A DNA stretch of 63,131 nucleotides, filler included, from Reticulomyxa filosa (taxonomy: Eukaryota; Protista; Foraminifera): NCBI GenBank assembly GCA_000512085.1. It is 17 parts of 17 records of this genome, joined end to end, with 100 filler letters (N's around TTAATTAATTAA, not from the genome) between each part and the next. Parts side by side here need not be neighbours in the genome. Positions count along the whole stretch, not along the records: positions 1 to 4,136 come from ASPP01000687.1; positions 4,237 to 19,640 come from ASPP01023513.1; 15 more parts are not named here. The stretch is one strand, 5' to 3'. The translations under genes were made by a program, and so were the position numbers. How positions within the stretch are numbered: position 1 is the first letter of the stretch; each line of letters opens with the position of its first letter. The notes under the pieces were generated by a model. The model did not search any database and was not told the origin of the DNA. It saw only the letters and a program-made list of their open reading frames with translations. Below, piece by piece: positions 1 to 12,988 of this stretch.

Positions 1-2367
1 TCGCTGCGTTCAGATCGTTTGAGAATTAGCAAATTTTTTAATAATCTTTTAGTTGTAAATTTTAGTTAGATAAAAAGACATAGTGTTCAATTTGGTGTCA
101 TAGTTTGTCCGTTTAACAACATTTTCAATTTATTTACGTTTTTTATGGCTGAGCTATGTCCCTTTGGGGCGGGGTTCTATAACCATTCTTCCAAAAAAAA
201 AAAAAATTTAAAAAGAGGTAATTGGTAAAAATGTGTCATGAATGTGCTCATTCACGAACCACCGAGATAAATATTAAATATATTGTTATTTATAAAAGAA
301 ATTTTGCATTTGAATCTGTTCAAGAAAATATACAAAATGTTAAATTTTACATTAGAAAAATATCTTAATTTTTGAGCTGTACATTGACCATTTGTATTTG
401 AAAATTATTTGTGCATTATTCGACATTGTATCAAAATATAATTCGGATAAACTTTTGCAATTTATTCTTTTTATAAGCTCAAAAAATATAATAAAAGAAA
501 TATCTGAAATAACAGAATTATCGTATATGAAATACACTTTTTTTTCAGGAACTGCCTATATTTTTCTAAAAATAAAAGATTGTCAATATTGAGAAGCAAT
601 CAAATATAACTTATTTTTATCGAAGAAAGAATGTAATCTGTCTTTAAATGATAATTGATGCTTTGTGTTTGTTTTTTTAACAAATAAGACTTATTACACA
701 AAAGAAAAAACACTAGAGTAAAAATATAAAATTTGATAGAGTTAATCATGACTAGTACATTCTCGGAAAAAGTAATGTAGTTGAATAAAAAACGTATAAC
801 GCGATATCCCTAATATGATACATTTTTAATTAAATGAGAAGGAAAGCTGTCTGATTTATAATATTTTACTGATGATTGTTTTACACAAATGTCAAGAGGT
901 CAAACCTTGTTCATTGGTAATAACAACGTTTTGTGAATCTTTATAAAAACAAAAATAGTCTAATTTTCTACTACGAAAAAATTGGGGTTTCTAAAATCAA
1001 TAAAATCGGATAAACAAAAAAAAGGGAAAATGATGGTCTACCGCAGCAAATGACAACGTCAAATTATTTCATGTTATACTTGACTTTAAATTATCATATT
1101 TTTGTTTATTTAAATATTTTATTAGTTTATCCTTTTCGTCTCTATTTTCAAAAATATCATCAATCGAATCAATTAAATCACAATATTCTAACGCATGCTC
1201 AAACTATTTATCGTTTCGTTATTAGAAACTTTTCTAACGCATTAAAGATATTTTTATGTTTTTTTTTATAATATTTATTTAAATAATTTATAAATATATG
1301 AACAACTTTTTACATATAATTACAAATAAATTCGATTGTTTATTTTCGTTTAATCGATTAATTTTGCAACAAGCAAATTTCGAATTTTTTAAATATTGCT
1401 ACAATCAGATATTATTTTTTTTGTTTTCTTTAATGCTAACAGTAATGATTTCAATATTAATTCAAATTTTACAAATTGGGATTCGATTCAAATTGCATTA
1501 ATTAAATCGAGTAAAGTTAAAAATGTACTACAATTTGTTAATAAATTTACACAATCATTTTTTATTTTTAAATTTATAAATTATTTTTATTAATATTGCT
1601 TTCAATAAATTTTTAAAAATACATAGTTATTCATTCTAATAAAATTGAATAAGCTGGAACTAATTAGCATTTTAAAATATTTTATTCTTGCAAAATATAG
1701 TTAAAAATTATTAAATGTCCTTTTCCAAAAAGAAGATTTATAAAAGTTCATTTGATAAAAACTTATAAGAAAAATTTTTGTTTACGCGAAAATTATACTT
1801 TATTTCAAAAGTATTAGCATATTTGTGAAATTATTTTTGTTAAGAAAATGAAATAATTTGAACAATTTTGAAGAAATTTTTCTTAAAAAATCACAAAGTG
1901 TATTATATAATTTCTTGAAATATTGCGATGAAACTTACAGTCCAGCAAAAAGAAAAAAGGCTACTCAAGATTGGTGTCTATTATCTGTTGAATTAACCGA
2001 TTCAATTACAGAAAGAAAGCAAAAAACACAAGTTGCTGGAATGAAGAACATGGAAAGTTCAATACTGAATAGTATTGCTCAAAAGAATTCTTTTTAATCT
2101 GGAAAAAAATTGCGAAAAGAATGTATAATTTATGAACATCCCTTTATTTGTCTACTTCCATTTATTTTGTTGACTTAAGTATTTTAGACTCAGCAAATTT
2201 TTTTCAAATATATGTATTAAATGAAACGTGCATGAAGAAAGAAAAACATTTGTGACTTCTGAAATTACAGAAGGATTACCAAAATTTTCACTTTCTACAG
2301 ACCTTCAACACTGCAAAAGGGTCAAAAAAAAAATGCACATGTGCAAATAAATTTAAAAATTTAAATT

Positions 2368-2924
2368 TTATGCTTTTGGTGAATCGACTGTGTCGAATGC
2401 ATAAGTCAAGGCAAAGTGCCTGAGCAAATGAATCACACTGTGATTTACAATCCAAGCAGGAGATAAAATTTCGTATTTGCGATCATTTCTAGCAATGCCA
2501 ATAATTGCCAAAATCCATGCTGCAATGGCCACTTTCCCAGCAGTTGAAAATTTGTCTGTTCTGTTGTTCTTTGCATACATCATTCGCAAGGCCATGTGAC
2601 ACATGGAGACAACATTTGGGATTTTGTAAAGTAATGCAATTACTGCACGACCAGCATGTGTTTTAGACGTTTCGGTGTCCAGCCATAAAAAAAGAAAAGG
2701 CTGTTTAATGTCGGATCGTTCCTACCTTTAAATAGGCAAAGGATATCATATACATGCCCAACTACTCCAACGATACAAGCATTTTGAAGCCAAAAGCGAT
2801 AAGCTCCTGTGGGAAAATGCTTGGCAATCACCTGGAAACTGTACACATTAGTTGCGATCCAAGCACCCATAACCGGAGCAAATAAAGTTGGTGAAGTCGC
2901 CGGAGGTGGTACTGTATCAGACAT
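2368..2924 (-). CDS. Small hypothetical membrane protein with an apparent 1-nt frameshift at the T7 run near 2690
   Basis: The MSDTVPPP...NSLFF frame joins the open frame LWLDTETSKTHAGRAVIALLYKIPNVVSMCHM...DSPKA* if one T is added. Several hydrophobic segments are present. Confidence 0.55.
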
Positions 2925-3240
2925 CGTGGCTACACCGACGTTCAAAGCAAGAAAAGATTATTAGCGAAACGTTGCGAAAGGGAAAAGCCTTTTCAGAGTT
3001 GAAATTTACAAAAGTTTCGTGGTCGACAATAACGAAAAACTGAAAAAATATGTACATTTTTGCATAACTAGAGTGTTTTTCTATAGTTATAGGTGTTCAT
3101 GACTTAAAAAAAAACGTTGTTATTTTTCGCTTAAAAAAAAAAAAAAAGCTTTGCGTTGATGACTCCCTTTAACATTAAAACTTTGCTTGCTGTAGCCAAA
3201 CTTGAGGGGAGCTTCCGTGTACAAAAAGACGATTACAAAA

Positions 3241-4089
3241 ATGCATGTTCACAAACTAAGCATTTTGCAAACCTCTTATACTCAGTACTGTTTATGGGGC
3301 GGTTTTTGTCTGCAGACAACAGCAATTCTTGTGCTCGTATACCTTTTGGTAGCATCAAGCAATACACAATTGCCGACAAGCGAGGGCATGACAGCTACTA
3401 AAGCGCCGGAGATGATTGGTCAAAATGAGTTAAAGATGCAATCACAGGAAAAAACAAGAGAAAATGGGAATAAAAAAGAGTGCAATAATGGCATTTTTTT
3501 ATTGCAACATTCGTACGCAAATGACCCTACTTTACACAACCCACAAAAACAGCGAGTGGTAATATCGTTAACAGCAATTCCATTTGAAGTGGAAATGTTA
3601 AATGACACCATATTAAACCCATTGTTCTCTTATTACCATTCACCAAAGGGCTACTGGTTTGATGCCATTCATTTAAATATACCATATACAGTACTGAGAA
3701 ACTTTAATGTGAAGAGCGAAGAAGAAGAAGAAGAAAAAAAAGAAGAAAAAGCAAGGCGAGAAAACCAGTTGCCAAAGGTGAATAAAAATGAACACGGTGA
3801 TCAATCTCAAACAATGACCGACTATCCAGATACTCACACGTTACAACAAATGTTTCCTCAGCGACACATTATCATCAACCGACTTTTTATGGATTATGGC
3901 CCAATGACAAGATACATTGGCCCTTTGCGCTATGAGCGACATCCCGACACTTTGATCCTCACCTTTGATGTTGATAGTGACATGTCGTTTAATCAGCCTA
4001 ACCATTTGAAACATCCTGTTATGACTAGAAACAATTTTGTCCATAAAGATTTGCGGATGTTGGTGTATGCATCCAAGTTACAAATATGA
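3241..4089 (+). CDS. Type II membrane glycosyltransferase-like protein (GT-A fold), probably 3' truncated by an intron and the contig end
   Basis: N-terminal TM segment (TAILVLVYLLVA), then VVISLTAIP, IHLNIPY, DYGPMTRYIG and DTLILTFDVD (DxD). These resemble the 'VSLTTIP...DxGP.TK...IITxDDD' pattern of GT-A proteins. Confidence 0.55.
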   Translation: MHVHKLSILQTSYTQYCLWGGFCLQTTAILVLVYLLVASSNTQLPTSEGMTATKAPEMIGQNELKMQSQEKTRENGNKKECNNGIFLLQHSYANDPTLHNPQKQRVVISLTAIPFEVEMLNDTILNPLFSYYHSPKGYWFDAIHLNIPYTVLRNFNVKSEEEEEEKKEEKARRENQLPKVNKNEHGDQSQTMTDYPDTHTLQQMFPQRHIIINRLFMDYGPMTRYIGPLRYERHPDTLILTFDVDSDMSFNQPNHLKHPVMTRNNFVHKDLRMLVYASKLQI

Positions 4090-4096
4090 TAAATGT

Positions 4097-4136
<40 letters not shown>

Positions 4137-4236
4137 NNNNNNNNNNNNNNNNNNNNNNNNNNNNNNNNNNNNNNNNNNNNTTAATTAATTAANNNNNNNN
4201 NNNNNNNNNNNNNNNNNNNNNNNNNNNNNNNNNNNN
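4137..4236. other. Artificial contig spacer (N44-TTAATTAATTAA-N44), first of 16
   Basis: Identical 100-nt spacers with stops in all six frames at 4137, 19641, 21400, 28812, 36891, 38043, 39478, 41143, 43075, 45315, 46533, 52658, 54761, 58280, 59507 and 61133. Confidence 0.98.
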
Positions 4237-4269
<33 letters not shown>

Positions 4270-4277
4270 AAAAAAAG

Positions 4278-5634
4278 TGATGATATGGGACGATCACCAA
4301 AATCGTTGTATTGGTGAACTGTCATTCCGAAGCGAGGTGAAAGCAGTGAAATTACGGCGTGATCGCGTCGTTGTAGTTTTGGAAAACAAAATCTACGTTT
4401 ACGACTTCAGCCATTTACGATTATTAGATCATATCGAAACCATGCCTAACGTTAAAGGTAAAAACAGAGAAAAATAATTTTTTCGGAGGGACGCAGACAC
4501 AAAGGGAGAGAAAGGCGGCAAACGCAGTGCAAAAATTTACTAAATAAAAAAAAAAAATATATATATATATAAATATATAAAAATATATATACATATGTAT
4601 ATAAATAAACATATATAGGATTATGCTCACTGTGTTCGGATTCAGATAACACTGTGTTAGTTTGTCCTGGTTTACAAAAAGGTAAGGCAACGTAAGATAT
4701 ATTTTTCTACAAAGAGCTATTTGATCTTAAATGGCCAATATAAACACAACACAAAAATTACAAAGGATATTTGCGACTGGAACTGTATGACGTCAAACGA
4801 ATGAACTTACTTCAATGCCATGATTCATCGCTGGGCATATTTGCATTGAGTTGTGATGGGAAGTTGTTGGCAACCGCCTCTGAAAAGGGAACACTCATTC
4901 GCATTTGGGATACTGCCAGCGGACAAAAGTTGCAAGAACTGAGAAGAGGTGCTGACCAGGCGGACATTCAGAGGTTTTTATTTTATTTATTTATTTATTT
5001 TTTTTTGTGTGCTGATGAAATTAGAAGAAGGGGAGGGGGGGGGAGGGGAAAAAAAAAAGCGGCAAGGATATAATGGGTTTTTGTATGAATGTGACAGTTT
5101 ATGCTTTTCACCCAAGACCTCCAAATGGCTGGCAGTGTCTTCCGACAAAGGGACAGTTCATATATTTAAGATTAGAAAGCCTACTACTACGGAAAAACAA
5201 TCAAAAACACCACCAGAACCCAGCAAAGAAGAAAAAGAAGCTGAAAATCCAACTTCCAAGTTAAAACTCTATATACATACATATACATATATGCAGTACT
5301 TGCTTTTTTTTTGTCCTTTGGCTCTTCCTTCTCTTCTAGCATTGAGGATAACAGAAAAAGTGGTGAGACTTGCTTGTGAATAAATAAATATAGCTTAACT
5401 ATGTTCAAGAGCGTGTTGCCGAAATATTTTAGTTCGGAGTGGAGTTTTGCACAGTTCCGAACGTCAGACGCCAGGACTGTGGTTGCTTTTGGCTCTCAAG
5501 AAACTACAATTGTTGTTGTATCTGCTGATGGAATGTTTTACAGTGCAGTATTTGACGGAGAGAAAGGTGGGGAATGCAAAATTCTAACCAAAGCCGAGTT
5601 CTTAAAAAGAGAAACATCTGAATCTGAAAGGTGA
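4278..5634 (+). CDS. WDR45B: WIPI3/4-type (Atg18/PROPPIN) WD40 phosphoinositide-binding autophagy protein; 5' partial, 5 exons visible
   Basis: Motifs [39 protein letters not shown] (LRRG), [10 protein letters not shown] and [14 protein letters not shown]. Exons ~4278-4457, 4619-4681, 4767-4973, 5098-5259 and 5394-5634 splice in frame at GT-AG. Confidence 0.93.
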
Positions 5635-6032
5635 CAACTGAAATGAAGAGATTTCGATCAAGTTCATACCAAAAAGTTTTTTTTTTGTCGCTTGCCCTAA
5701 TTTACCTCGGAGGGAGTGAGAATTGTTTGAAGTTGAAATTTGCCTCCCAAACTCCACCAATACACAATTGATGTTGCAAGTAGCTCTTACAATATTTTTT
5801 TTTTCCTCTTGAAAACAATAGCGAATGCTCATCACGAACATGTGCTCATGGACAAAATAAAAACTTTAAAAGGTTGATACGTTTAACATGATATTTGCAA
5901 CTAAACGTTAGCAAGTCACAGTTGATTATTATTTTTACTAATATACAAAAAGTAGTGTCATCAAATATAAATGCACAATCTTCAGAAGCTTAGGACCAAC
6001 AACAAACAGTTGCCGATAACATTTTCAAAAGA

Positions 6033-6488
6033 TTATTGTTTTTCAAAAAACCTCTTCATCACAATGTTTTTATCATTTTTTACTTCCATTACCATTGCTC
6101 CATTTTTGTCAATGTATCTCTTTAATGTACCTTTGATTCCTTGTGTTATGTTGTTGAATTGCGATTCTAATGATCCATCTTCTAGGATTTTTGTAACAAA
6201 CTTAATCTTGTCTCCAATAGGATTTTCTTCCTCTTGTTCAGTGACACTGTCTGCTATTACACAAATTTGTTGGGTCTTACTTATCCCACCGCTCACTGTA
6301 ATGCTCATCGCCAAAGTAAACTCATTTTTTTTTGTTGTGACGATTTTCATATGCAACTTGTTTGCAATCTTGCGTAGCAACCATCCAACGTTAACTGATT
6401 TCATATATTCTTCCACATTTTCATTTTTAACAAGTTGCCAAGAGCCTTCAAAATCCATCATCTTTAATGTTACTACTTCTTGTGTCAT
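6033..6488 (-). CDS. Fatty-acid-binding protein (iLBP/FABP)-like, intronless, 151 aa
   Basis: FEGSWQLVKNENVEEYMKSVNVGWLLRKIA matches the FABP N-terminal signature. Length and the C-terminal 'VMKRFFEK' fit a 10-strand beta-barrel. Confidence 0.8.
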   Translation of the reverse strand: MTQEVVTLKMMDFEGSWQLVKNENVEEYMKSVNVGWLLRKIANKLHMKIVTTKKNEFTLAMSITVSGGISKTQQICVIADSVTEQEEENPIGDKIKFVTKILEDGSLESQFNNITQGIKGTLKRYIDKNGAMVMEVKNDKNIVMKRFFEKQ

Positions 6489-6866
6489 TATCTGCTTATC
6501 TTTAGGACCAATAACGTTTCTGGCAGTCTTTAAAAGTGCACTAAAGATTCACACGTAATAAAACTACTTTTAGTCAATTTTAAGACACACGATAGTCGCC
6601 GGCCATATTTAAAACACAATTTTTTGGTATACAGGTGCTTTTTGTGTATATTTTGTTAATTTTGGTTTATTATTTTTGATTAAGTTTATTTAATCTTTTG
6701 AAAAACATTGTAAGTATTGTTAATGTAAATATTTTATAGTTTCAAGTTTTACAAAGATTACTTTCAAAATTATTGATCATTAGTAAAATATGGGAAAATC
6801 CTGGTGATTTTTTCCAGGCAAGAAGCAGGCAAATTGATTAAGAAGAAAATAGTACAGATCCAAACA

Positions 6867-9566
6867 TTAATTACAATTACATGGTAGGTTATGATTGAGA
6901 TTATTAGTTGAAGAAACACCAATAGGTGGAATATACATAGACACTTTTGTTGGTCGTAGCTGTTTTAGCTCTTTTTCCAGTTGTGCGATTCGATCTGCAT
7001 ACAACTCAAATTGGTTCATTAAGTTTAGCTCTTCTTCAAATTCGTTTTGTAATTCCATGAATCGAGTCTTCAAAAATGAAGATTCGTTCGCATATTTGGA
7101 TGTGATCTCTTTTAATTTTTCTTTTTTTACTTTTTCATGATCTTGTTTTAGTTGATTGAAAGCCAACATCTTTTCTTTATACATTCGATGTTTTAGTTTA
7201 GAAATTGCTTCTTCTCTTTCTTTTTGGAGCTTTTTTTCTAGTTCATCCATTGACTTTTTTTTTTCAGACTCAAATGCACTATGTATTTTTGCTAGCCATT
7301 GCTCTTTTTCTTTTCTAAACGATGACTCTATATCGTTCAATTCTTTTTGTTGGCAATTCTTTAGAGCCTGCTTTTCTTTCTCTAAATCATCTTCCAATGC
7401 ACGTTGCAGTTTTTTTTTATAATTGTCGATCATCTGTGATATGTTTCCGGTGTTTAAATCACCGTTTCGAGAATTTTACAGAACGCTCTTTTTTTTTCCC
7501 CTTTTGACGAGAAAAATAAGCATGTATTAAACTTCATTGTGCTTTTCATAAAATTGATTTTTTATCTCTTCAGTTTGTTTTTGTTGTTTTTGTTGATATT
7601 CTTTGTCACAATTGCTCATTAAAATTAGCTTTTCATTTTCTAGCTCGTGCAACGTCTGCTCTTTCAGTTTAACCAGTTTTTCGTTCCGTTTTGCTGTCTC
7701 TTGACTTTCAAACTCACTCAGCTTGTTGTTTTTGTAATCGGCTAAGGACTGTTCTTGTTGTGACCATTTTTCTTGCATTTGTTCTATCATTTTTGATTTG
7801 TTTAAACTCATTTCTCGCTCCAAATTCTTCAGTTTTGCTTTCGAATCATTGAGCAGTTCTTTTTCTCTTTCTTGTTTTTTTATTGCTATTTCTTCTTCCA
7901 ATGTTTGAACTTGTTCGTTATATTGATCATTCAATTGTTTTTCAAATAATGCTGTCGCTGCTTCGCATTCTTGGCCCAATTTTTTTTTCACTTCTTCCAG
8001 TTTTTTTTTCTTTATTTTAATTTAAGTTTATATTCATTTACATGTAATATAATTCTTATATAAAAAAAATAAAACTAATGCGATGCACATTCTCTTGTTT
8101 TAAACTGACCATTGCATTTTCAAGTTGTTCGCATTGCTTAATATAATCATTTTTCATTGTTTCTCGAATATGAGCTGTTTGAAGTTCGGTTTTTTCGTCA
8201 AAATAAGATTGCATTTTTTTTCTTTTGGAATCATAACTACTTTTTAAATTTTCTCTTAAACTATTTATTTTGTTGATTTGCTCCGTTTCTAATAAATGCT
8301 GCATTGTTCCTAAGCTGTTTTCGTTTTCGATTTCTAATTGGCTCTGAATCTCATTTAATTCCTTATCACATTTCAATTGATATCGGTCTCTTAGCTCTTT
8401 TATTTGACGTGCTTGTTCACATCGAAAGTGATTTTGCAAATTGCTCATTTTTTCTTTAAATTCGTTTTCTAAGATTTGTTTATAGTTTTGTAGTTCTTCG
8501 TTCGCTGATTGCTTTAATTTTTTTTCCAATGTTCTAAGTCTTTTGTCATATTTTTCTGCTATTTGTTTGCGTATTTTGTGTACTGACTCTCGGAAATCCT
8601 CTAAAAATTCGTTTCGTAGAGACTGGCTCATTTTCAGACCATTTTCGTTTAAATAATCACCCGCCAGGGTGTATAATTGATGTATTTTGTTATTTGTTGA
8701 CTCCACTTTTTTTTTTTAAGACTCTCTTCTGTGGTTGAAAATTTCTCAAAAAGATTAGACACATTTTTGAGTGTTTTATTGGCTGTGACATCTAATCTAT
8801 TTTTTCATATGATGTGAATTAACATTTTTAGACAGTATCAGCGCAATATGTGTAACATTTTTATCTTTGTTTTTTCAAAAGTTAGAAAAATGTTGTTTTA
8901 ATAAATATTAAAAAGTGTACATTTGAGGTGAAATATGTTTTGATGGCTTTGCAAATGGTGATTGTGGTAATATGCCCTGAGTTAATTTATTTTCTATTGT
9001 ATTGTAAGGGAGATTATTAAAATTAACAGAATGAGAGCGTTTTAATGTGTGATTTTCGGGAAATTGCGGAATAGTCTTTTGTGTAAGGGGGATACAATCT
9101 TTTTTTTTTTGAAAATGATAGATCATTCGAGAGTGAAGGTGCATGGTTCTGTGTGTGTTGTATTTCTCATGTTTGCACCAGAAAAGGTAAGATTTAAAAA
9201 AGTCCAAAACTTTTGGCTTTTCAAGTGTAGGACCTGGTTCTACTCTTTTTTGCAAGGAAACGTCAGACTCAACCATTTTTTTATCACTTACACTTTTTAA
9301 TTGGAGATTTTTTTCTGCATGTAACTGATCAGAGAGATGTAATTTGTCAGTAACAATATTCAATAGCTCTTGAATGTCGTTTTCAATAATACGCAAGTTG
9401 TCGTTTGATGTATTTTCTTTTGATGGACTTGAATTGTGAATTAAGTTTGGATGCTAGTTATTAAAAATGTTGAGATTATGTAAAGATGTATTTGTTATTG
9501 TTGAAACAGATGTACCTCTGAATTGCATGACTGAAGAAAACCATCCAAATCACTCATTGTTGTCAT
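6867..9566 (-). CDS. Large multi-exon coiled-coil protein, function unknown
   Basis: E/K/Q/L-rich ORFs 8908-9396, 8056-8706, 7527-7991 and 6867-7433 on one strand, separated by short intron-like gaps. Candidate ATG at 9566 followed by a GTACAT donor. Confidence 0.75.
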
Positions 9567-9812
9567 ATTTTGTTTCAATTTTACGTTAAGGGGTAGGCAA
9601 ATGACATAAAATTTAACTCATTTGCCAACTCAGAAATAAATCGCTACCACCTTGAAAAATAAAAACAAATAATGTCCATAATTTTTAAAAACAAAACCGG
9701 TGAGTAAAGTCATTGCACTTTTCTCATTTGGTGGACAAATTTTTTGGAAGGGCCAAGTCCATTCTTGTTCGATCTTCAATTTCAAAAGCTTTGATAATTC
9801 CGATATTCATAA

Positions 9813-10343
9813 ATGTCCAAGCTCGAATTCAATGCTATTGGCAAATGTTTTATCGAGTATTATTACAAATTCTTTGATAACAACAGAGAAAGATTGAGAG
9901 ACCTTTTCAAAGATCAATCATGTCTTAGCTTTGAAAATCAAGGAACTCAAGGCAGAGATGGCATAATGTCCTTTCTAAGTGTATGTAAAAGAAGCATAGC
10001 CGATTATTTCCTCTTTCGTGGTAATCAAGAACATAAACAAATACGATACATAGACTGAGCCGAAATTTCGCAAGGTCCGGCATATTCCCCGAACACTTGA
10101 TGTTCAACCTACTGGGCAAGGATTGTTGATTATGGCAACTGGCGACTTAAAAGTTAAGTAGAAACTTTGTTCAATTTATTGATATCCCTCTTAATTTATC
10201 CACACAACTGTTTCAATAGCTCGAAGATGAATCCAAAACACTCTTTTATACCGAGACATTTCATATAATTCCCACTGACAATACTTTCAAAAGTTATTGT
10301 GAAAAATGTGTTCTTTCGTCTGAATCAGAATTCAGAGAAGTAA
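9813..10343 (+). CDS. NTF2: Nuclear transport factor 2 (NTF2)-like, 3 exons, apparent frameshift at ~10298
   Basis: AIGKCFIEYYYKFFDNNRERL...SCLSFE, then TLDVQPT...LIMATGDLK, then FYTETFHI. The conserved C-terminus VKNVFFRL lies in a shifted frame. Confidence 0.85.
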
Positions 10344-10771
10344 CAAAAACGTGTTGTTAAATCTTGATTGTTTTCAAAATATTCGTATATAACGGATGGA
10401 TTTTTTCAAGATTGAACAGTATTTTTTTTGAAATGTTTACACTCTATTTTTGTGTGTTGACCCCTTACACTTGAAGAGTAAAATTAGTTTCAAAAAAACT
10501 CTTTTTCTAATATTTTTAGAGAATCTGACTGGCACACTCCACTTTACTACAAATTATTTTGTAGTCGAATTAATACATATTATCTCCATCAGAGCCTTTC
10601 TCCAAAAAAAAAAACTAATGGACGGATCACTGGAATGGTGGCGTGAAAAAAAAATCACGGTTTGAAACAGTGTCAAATAAAAAGAGTCAAGACGAGATTG
10701 GACTGATAACAAAAAAATTAAAAAGTGAAGTTGATAGTTGTGTGAACTTTTTTTGGCAAGTGTAAGACTTG

Positions 10772-12638
10772 TTAAACAATATGTTCTTCTGGCTTTGCTT
10801 TTTTCTTCAAAAATGTTTTAAAACGTTTGCTTCTTGTAACCAAGCAGCCAATTAAGAGAACCAAGTTGCAAGATACTGCAGCAATTCCAACGTAGCGATA
10901 CCATCTATTGACCGTGCTATTGTCATACTCAATAAACAATCGATTTCCGAAGGGAACGCCGTTTTTGACATCGATTTGCCTCTTAATAGAGGAAGCCGAA
11001 AGCAAACGCTGTTTTAAGAGGTGCAGTTGCGTGACATTAAGATTGGTGATATGTCGCAAAAAGGTGAGATGATTTGGGTTATCGAGGTCCATTTTCATAA
11101 CCAAAGCATTTTTGCCAAAATGGATTAAATCAAGGATATCGTTTTTAGTTTGTGAGTCATTCCAATACAAATAAGGAGCGATGCATTTTGTGGTCATATC
11201 GACATCTTGAAGGATCGTATTGACACCACTGAACTTTGTATATAGTTCAAAGCTTCGTATGTTACCCAAGCCATACCCATTCAGTTTTGCAATGGCCTCA
11301 GGACTTTGATCGCTTCCAGGGAACTGTAACAAAGTGGCCATCCGTTGATTGGACTCTTCCAGCTCCCGTTCGTCCATATGCCAACTGCCCAACTCACCTA
11401 AGTTGTCATTCACAGACACAAGTGCAAAGCCAATCAAAGTCCGAGGCATTCCTCCCTTTTTTTTTTTTTTTTTTTTTTAACCTTTCTCACTTTGGTACCA
11501 AGTACCAACCCATGGACGCCTTGGTGAATAAAAAGTCATAGCCATGTGTCCACAACCTCGAGCCTCGACTGAATTCTTCGCCGTTGAACACGTGCTTGAG
11601 ATGTGGGTCATTGGGAACGCGCAATTCAGCGTGACAGCGACCAAAGGATAACCCGGCCGCCCACAGTGGCGCGACAATGGGTCGTTGCAAATTGGCCGCT
11701 GCTCGTGCCTGCGCATTGCGCACTTGTCCATGTCCGACAATCGATGCCTCGCACAAATGCGGCATTTCCCAATGTTGGTTCGTGTTTTTGCCAATGTCGC
11801 GAATGTTCGAAGGATACGTGGAAATTATCGCAAATTCGTTGTCACACATCCCCCATTCGAGCAACATCAGTACATCCCAGTTCTCCACTACGTCGGTGTG
11901 TGCATCGATTTGCATACAAAACGCTTCATTATCGACTATTAAAAAAAAAAATATATATATATATGTATATGTATATACGTATATGGATAACTTTTGCATT
12001 ACCCCCCCTTTCTTTCTCATATACGAGGAAGTAATTTGTTATGGCACATTCATATAGCCACCTGATTTTCTTCCCCTCTTCCTTCCCCCTTCCCTCTCAT
12101 CTTTTATGTTTCCACAGTTTTTTGTACCTAGTTTAACTTGTTGAGCGCGGGCATAAACAGGGCCTTTAGCGTCTCTTGCGTTCATTCGAAACATTTTGAT
12201 GTTGTCGCTGAATGGACAGTCTTTAATTCTCCAATTTTTTTCATCGTCAGATAACTCCTTTTCCGGCACAACTTGGTCGTTTTCCATTATGCGCTTACAG
12301 TACTCGACGTAACAATCTGGGTCGCTTTTCTCATTTTGTTGCACTACGCCGATGAAAACACGGTTCGGAAATGCGGCTTTTGTAAAGAAATTGTAAAGCG
12401 TGTCTTTGCATCGTGTCTCACGATACGATGCTATCAACACCATTATTTTTGTGTCATTCCTCTTATATTGATCATCATACGGTGGCGGAGGCTTTTGTCT
12501 CGGATAAAGTATTTCTGAAGGAATCACCTTCCAGTCGCCTTCTTGCAGGACTATATTGGGCTGATGCCATATATCTTCGCCAAATACATGTGCCAGCCAA
12601 AATAAACTCAAGAACCAAATAAATATACCCTCATGCAT
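10772..12638 (-). CDS. GT60-family (Gnt1-like) alpha-GlcNAc transferase with signal peptide and C-terminal TM; extra T at ~11530
   Basis: Motifs IASYRETRC, FIGVVQQ, AKGPVYAR, MQIDAH (DxH), STYP, WAAGLSF, PNDPHL..FNGEE and RLWTHGYDF-YSP. Introns at about 12128-11936 and 11479-11451. Confidence 0.9.
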
Positions 12639-12988
12639 GCTGGTATTATTATTATGGAATTGTTAATGGATTATTCGGATTTTCCTCAAACTTTTCCCCT
12701 GTTTTATTCCTTTTGTCGATACTGAAGATTTTTTAGTCTTTTGTAATGTTTATTATATCAAAAAAAGTTTTGCATTGGGTTGTTATTATATTACTTGATA
12801 GTTAATTATTTTTCTTGCTTATCAAGTATTACAGTACTTTTCTTGTATTGAATATCTATTTTTATGCGTATGGTTCTATATTTGTTTTAAATTGAGTCTA
12901 AAATAACAACAACAATTGTACAGAGGTCACAAACTAATCGCAAAAACATCGAATGACTCATCGAAGGGAGAAAAGGAAAAAAAAAAAA

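Noticed and set aside
1-2100. Short F/I/L/K-rich ORFs in AT-rich DNA (also 25754-27621, 56464-59111)
   Set aside because: Expected by chance at this composition, or too decayed to assign.
2700-2724. Putative 25-nt GT-AG mini-intron to fix the frameshift
   Set aside because: Splicing it leads into a frame that stops after a few codons.
4181-4192. Recurrent palindrome TTAATTAATTAA
   Set aside because: Always centred in N-runs; an artificial all-frame-stop spacer.
5971-6558. 195-aa plus-strand ORF and similar antisense ORFs (11603-12057, 19791-20081, 23826-24401, 44250-44931, 53330-53899)
   Set aside because: Shadows of real genes on the opposite strand, with no motifs of their own.
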